A stretch of DNA of 50,225 bases, taken from the NCBI RefSeq assembly GCF_001194135.2, contig NC_068998.1, forward strand, positions 17,785,801-17,836,025. Reading direction: 5' to 3'. The notes beneath the pieces were generated by a model. It was not told the origin of the DNA, searched no databases, and worked only from the letters and a program-made list of their open reading frames with translations. How positions within the stretch are numbered: position 1 is the stretch's first letter; the number at the start of each line of letters is the position of its first letter. The DNA comes from Octopus bimaculoides. Its lineage: Eukaryota. Positions 48,985 through 50,225 of the stretch are shown here, one piece after another. A program made the translations under genes and the position numbers.

Positions 48985-49255
48985 ATGCTGGGGCACCACC
49001 TTGAAGAGTTTTGATCAAGTGACTCGACCGTTTTAAAGTTTGGTACTTATTGTATTGGTCTTCTTTGTCAAACCACCAAGTCTTGAAGGATGTAAACAAA
49101 CCAACACTGGTTGTCAAGCAATGGTGAGGACAAACACAATGACACACACATAGTTATATATATATATACATGATGGGTTTCTTTCACTTTCCATCTACCA
49201 CTTCCATTCACAAGGCTTTTTGCTGACCCAGGGCTATAGTAGAAAGCAACAACAA
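48985..49255 (-). mobile_element. Diverged family-A SINE
   Basis: ttacttgtttcaatcatgctggggcaccacc...ggttgtcaagcaatggtgaggacaaacac...ccattcacaaggctttt...ggctatagtagaaagc is the reverse complement of family A. Confidence 0.75.
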
Positions 49256-50225
49256 TTATAACATGTACCAAAGTTTCTACAAATAGTTCCCATTTGCAAA
49301 ACACACCTGAGCTAATATTTGTGGAATTGTTTGCATTTACACTTTCCCAATCTAAGCTAAAATGGATAGAAATCGGATGCAAAAAGGGGCAGGATGGGGG
49401 ATACATATGTGTGAAAGTTACCATATTTCTCATGAGTGACCTAACAGCAATAGTTAGGCCAAGATATTTGAATTATCCAATCAGAAAATTGCTGGGTGGC
49501 ACAAAAATGAATAAATAAATGAGTAGAACTGTTTCTCTGTAACCTTAATTACTAAGCTGATTTGAAAAATGGTGTTGACATTGATTCAAATAATTAATAT
49601 TTAAAAACATAGATTATCACTTTCTCTTTGTTTAAGCCAAACAGAACTATTACCCTTAGTTTCTTGTCCAGCTTTCATTGCTGTTACGTTAGACATCATC
49701 ATCATGATTGTCAATTTATTAACCATTTTTTCTCATATTTTCATAAGCTGTGCAGAGATATTGCTGTACTGTCTGTTTTCAAAATCTAAAAATATATTGA
49801 AGCCATTGCAATAATTACAGCTTTCCTAAGATCTCGTGCTATTGAACATAATTATATTTTAATAATAAAATAATAATAAACTCAGGTAGTGAAGGAAATA
49901 TTATAGACATACATTTCATTTATTGACCAAACATAGCTGTAAGAAATTAACTTCATTGTCTTTAGCAGAACAAACCAGTATTCTAATCAGAAATTAAATA
50001 TTTAGAACTGGCTGGCTGAATCTTTTAATAGCTCTTGATCAATGTTCCAAAGCGATAAATGATTATACTACCTGGCGTTTTATTCCCAGATGTAAAAGCT
50101 CAAGAGTTGCACTTCTTTCAACAAAGGTAAAAGAACTAAAATACAATTCTTTTAACAGAGATAAAAGATTAAAAAAGTATGAAAACATAACAATATTTAT
50201 CAGTTTATATATATATATATATATA

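Overview
AT-rich, repeat-dense eukaryotic (metazoan) DNA with six N-gaps. From memory of cephalopod repeats, the mix of tRNA-derived SINEs, RTE LINEs with (GAT)n tails and long (TA)n/(CA)n tracts looks like an Octopus genome; this is an inference, not a database result. One host gene is well supported: an ETS-type promoter motif at 7082 and a first coding exon at 7226-7616 (+). That exon has a caacATGG start, encodes 130 low-complexity S/T/Q/P-rich residues, and ends in a phase-1 GTAAGT donor. I cannot name the gene and found no large downstream coding exon in the remaining ~42 kb, only short microexon-like candidates (best: 23203-23223, 21 nt). The rest is mostly transposon debris: RTE LINE fragments (RT core with YADD at 156-167; a PHD-like finger inside ORF2), two Penelope-like families (GIY-YIG and RT pieces), a mariner derivative built from two left ends, hAT- and piggyBac-type MITEs, at least three SINE families, and a disabled Myb/SANT-like ORF. 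The most interesting items are the microexon candidates, several fold-back or inverted structures that would give intronic dsRNA, a duplicated ~190-280 bp block with hairpin potential, and the Myb/SANT-like pseudo-ORF. I cannot claim a new biological system from sequence alone. There are no rRNA genes, intact tRNA genes or CRISPR arrays. Long ORFs in the supplied track that cross N-gaps or microsatellites are artefacts.
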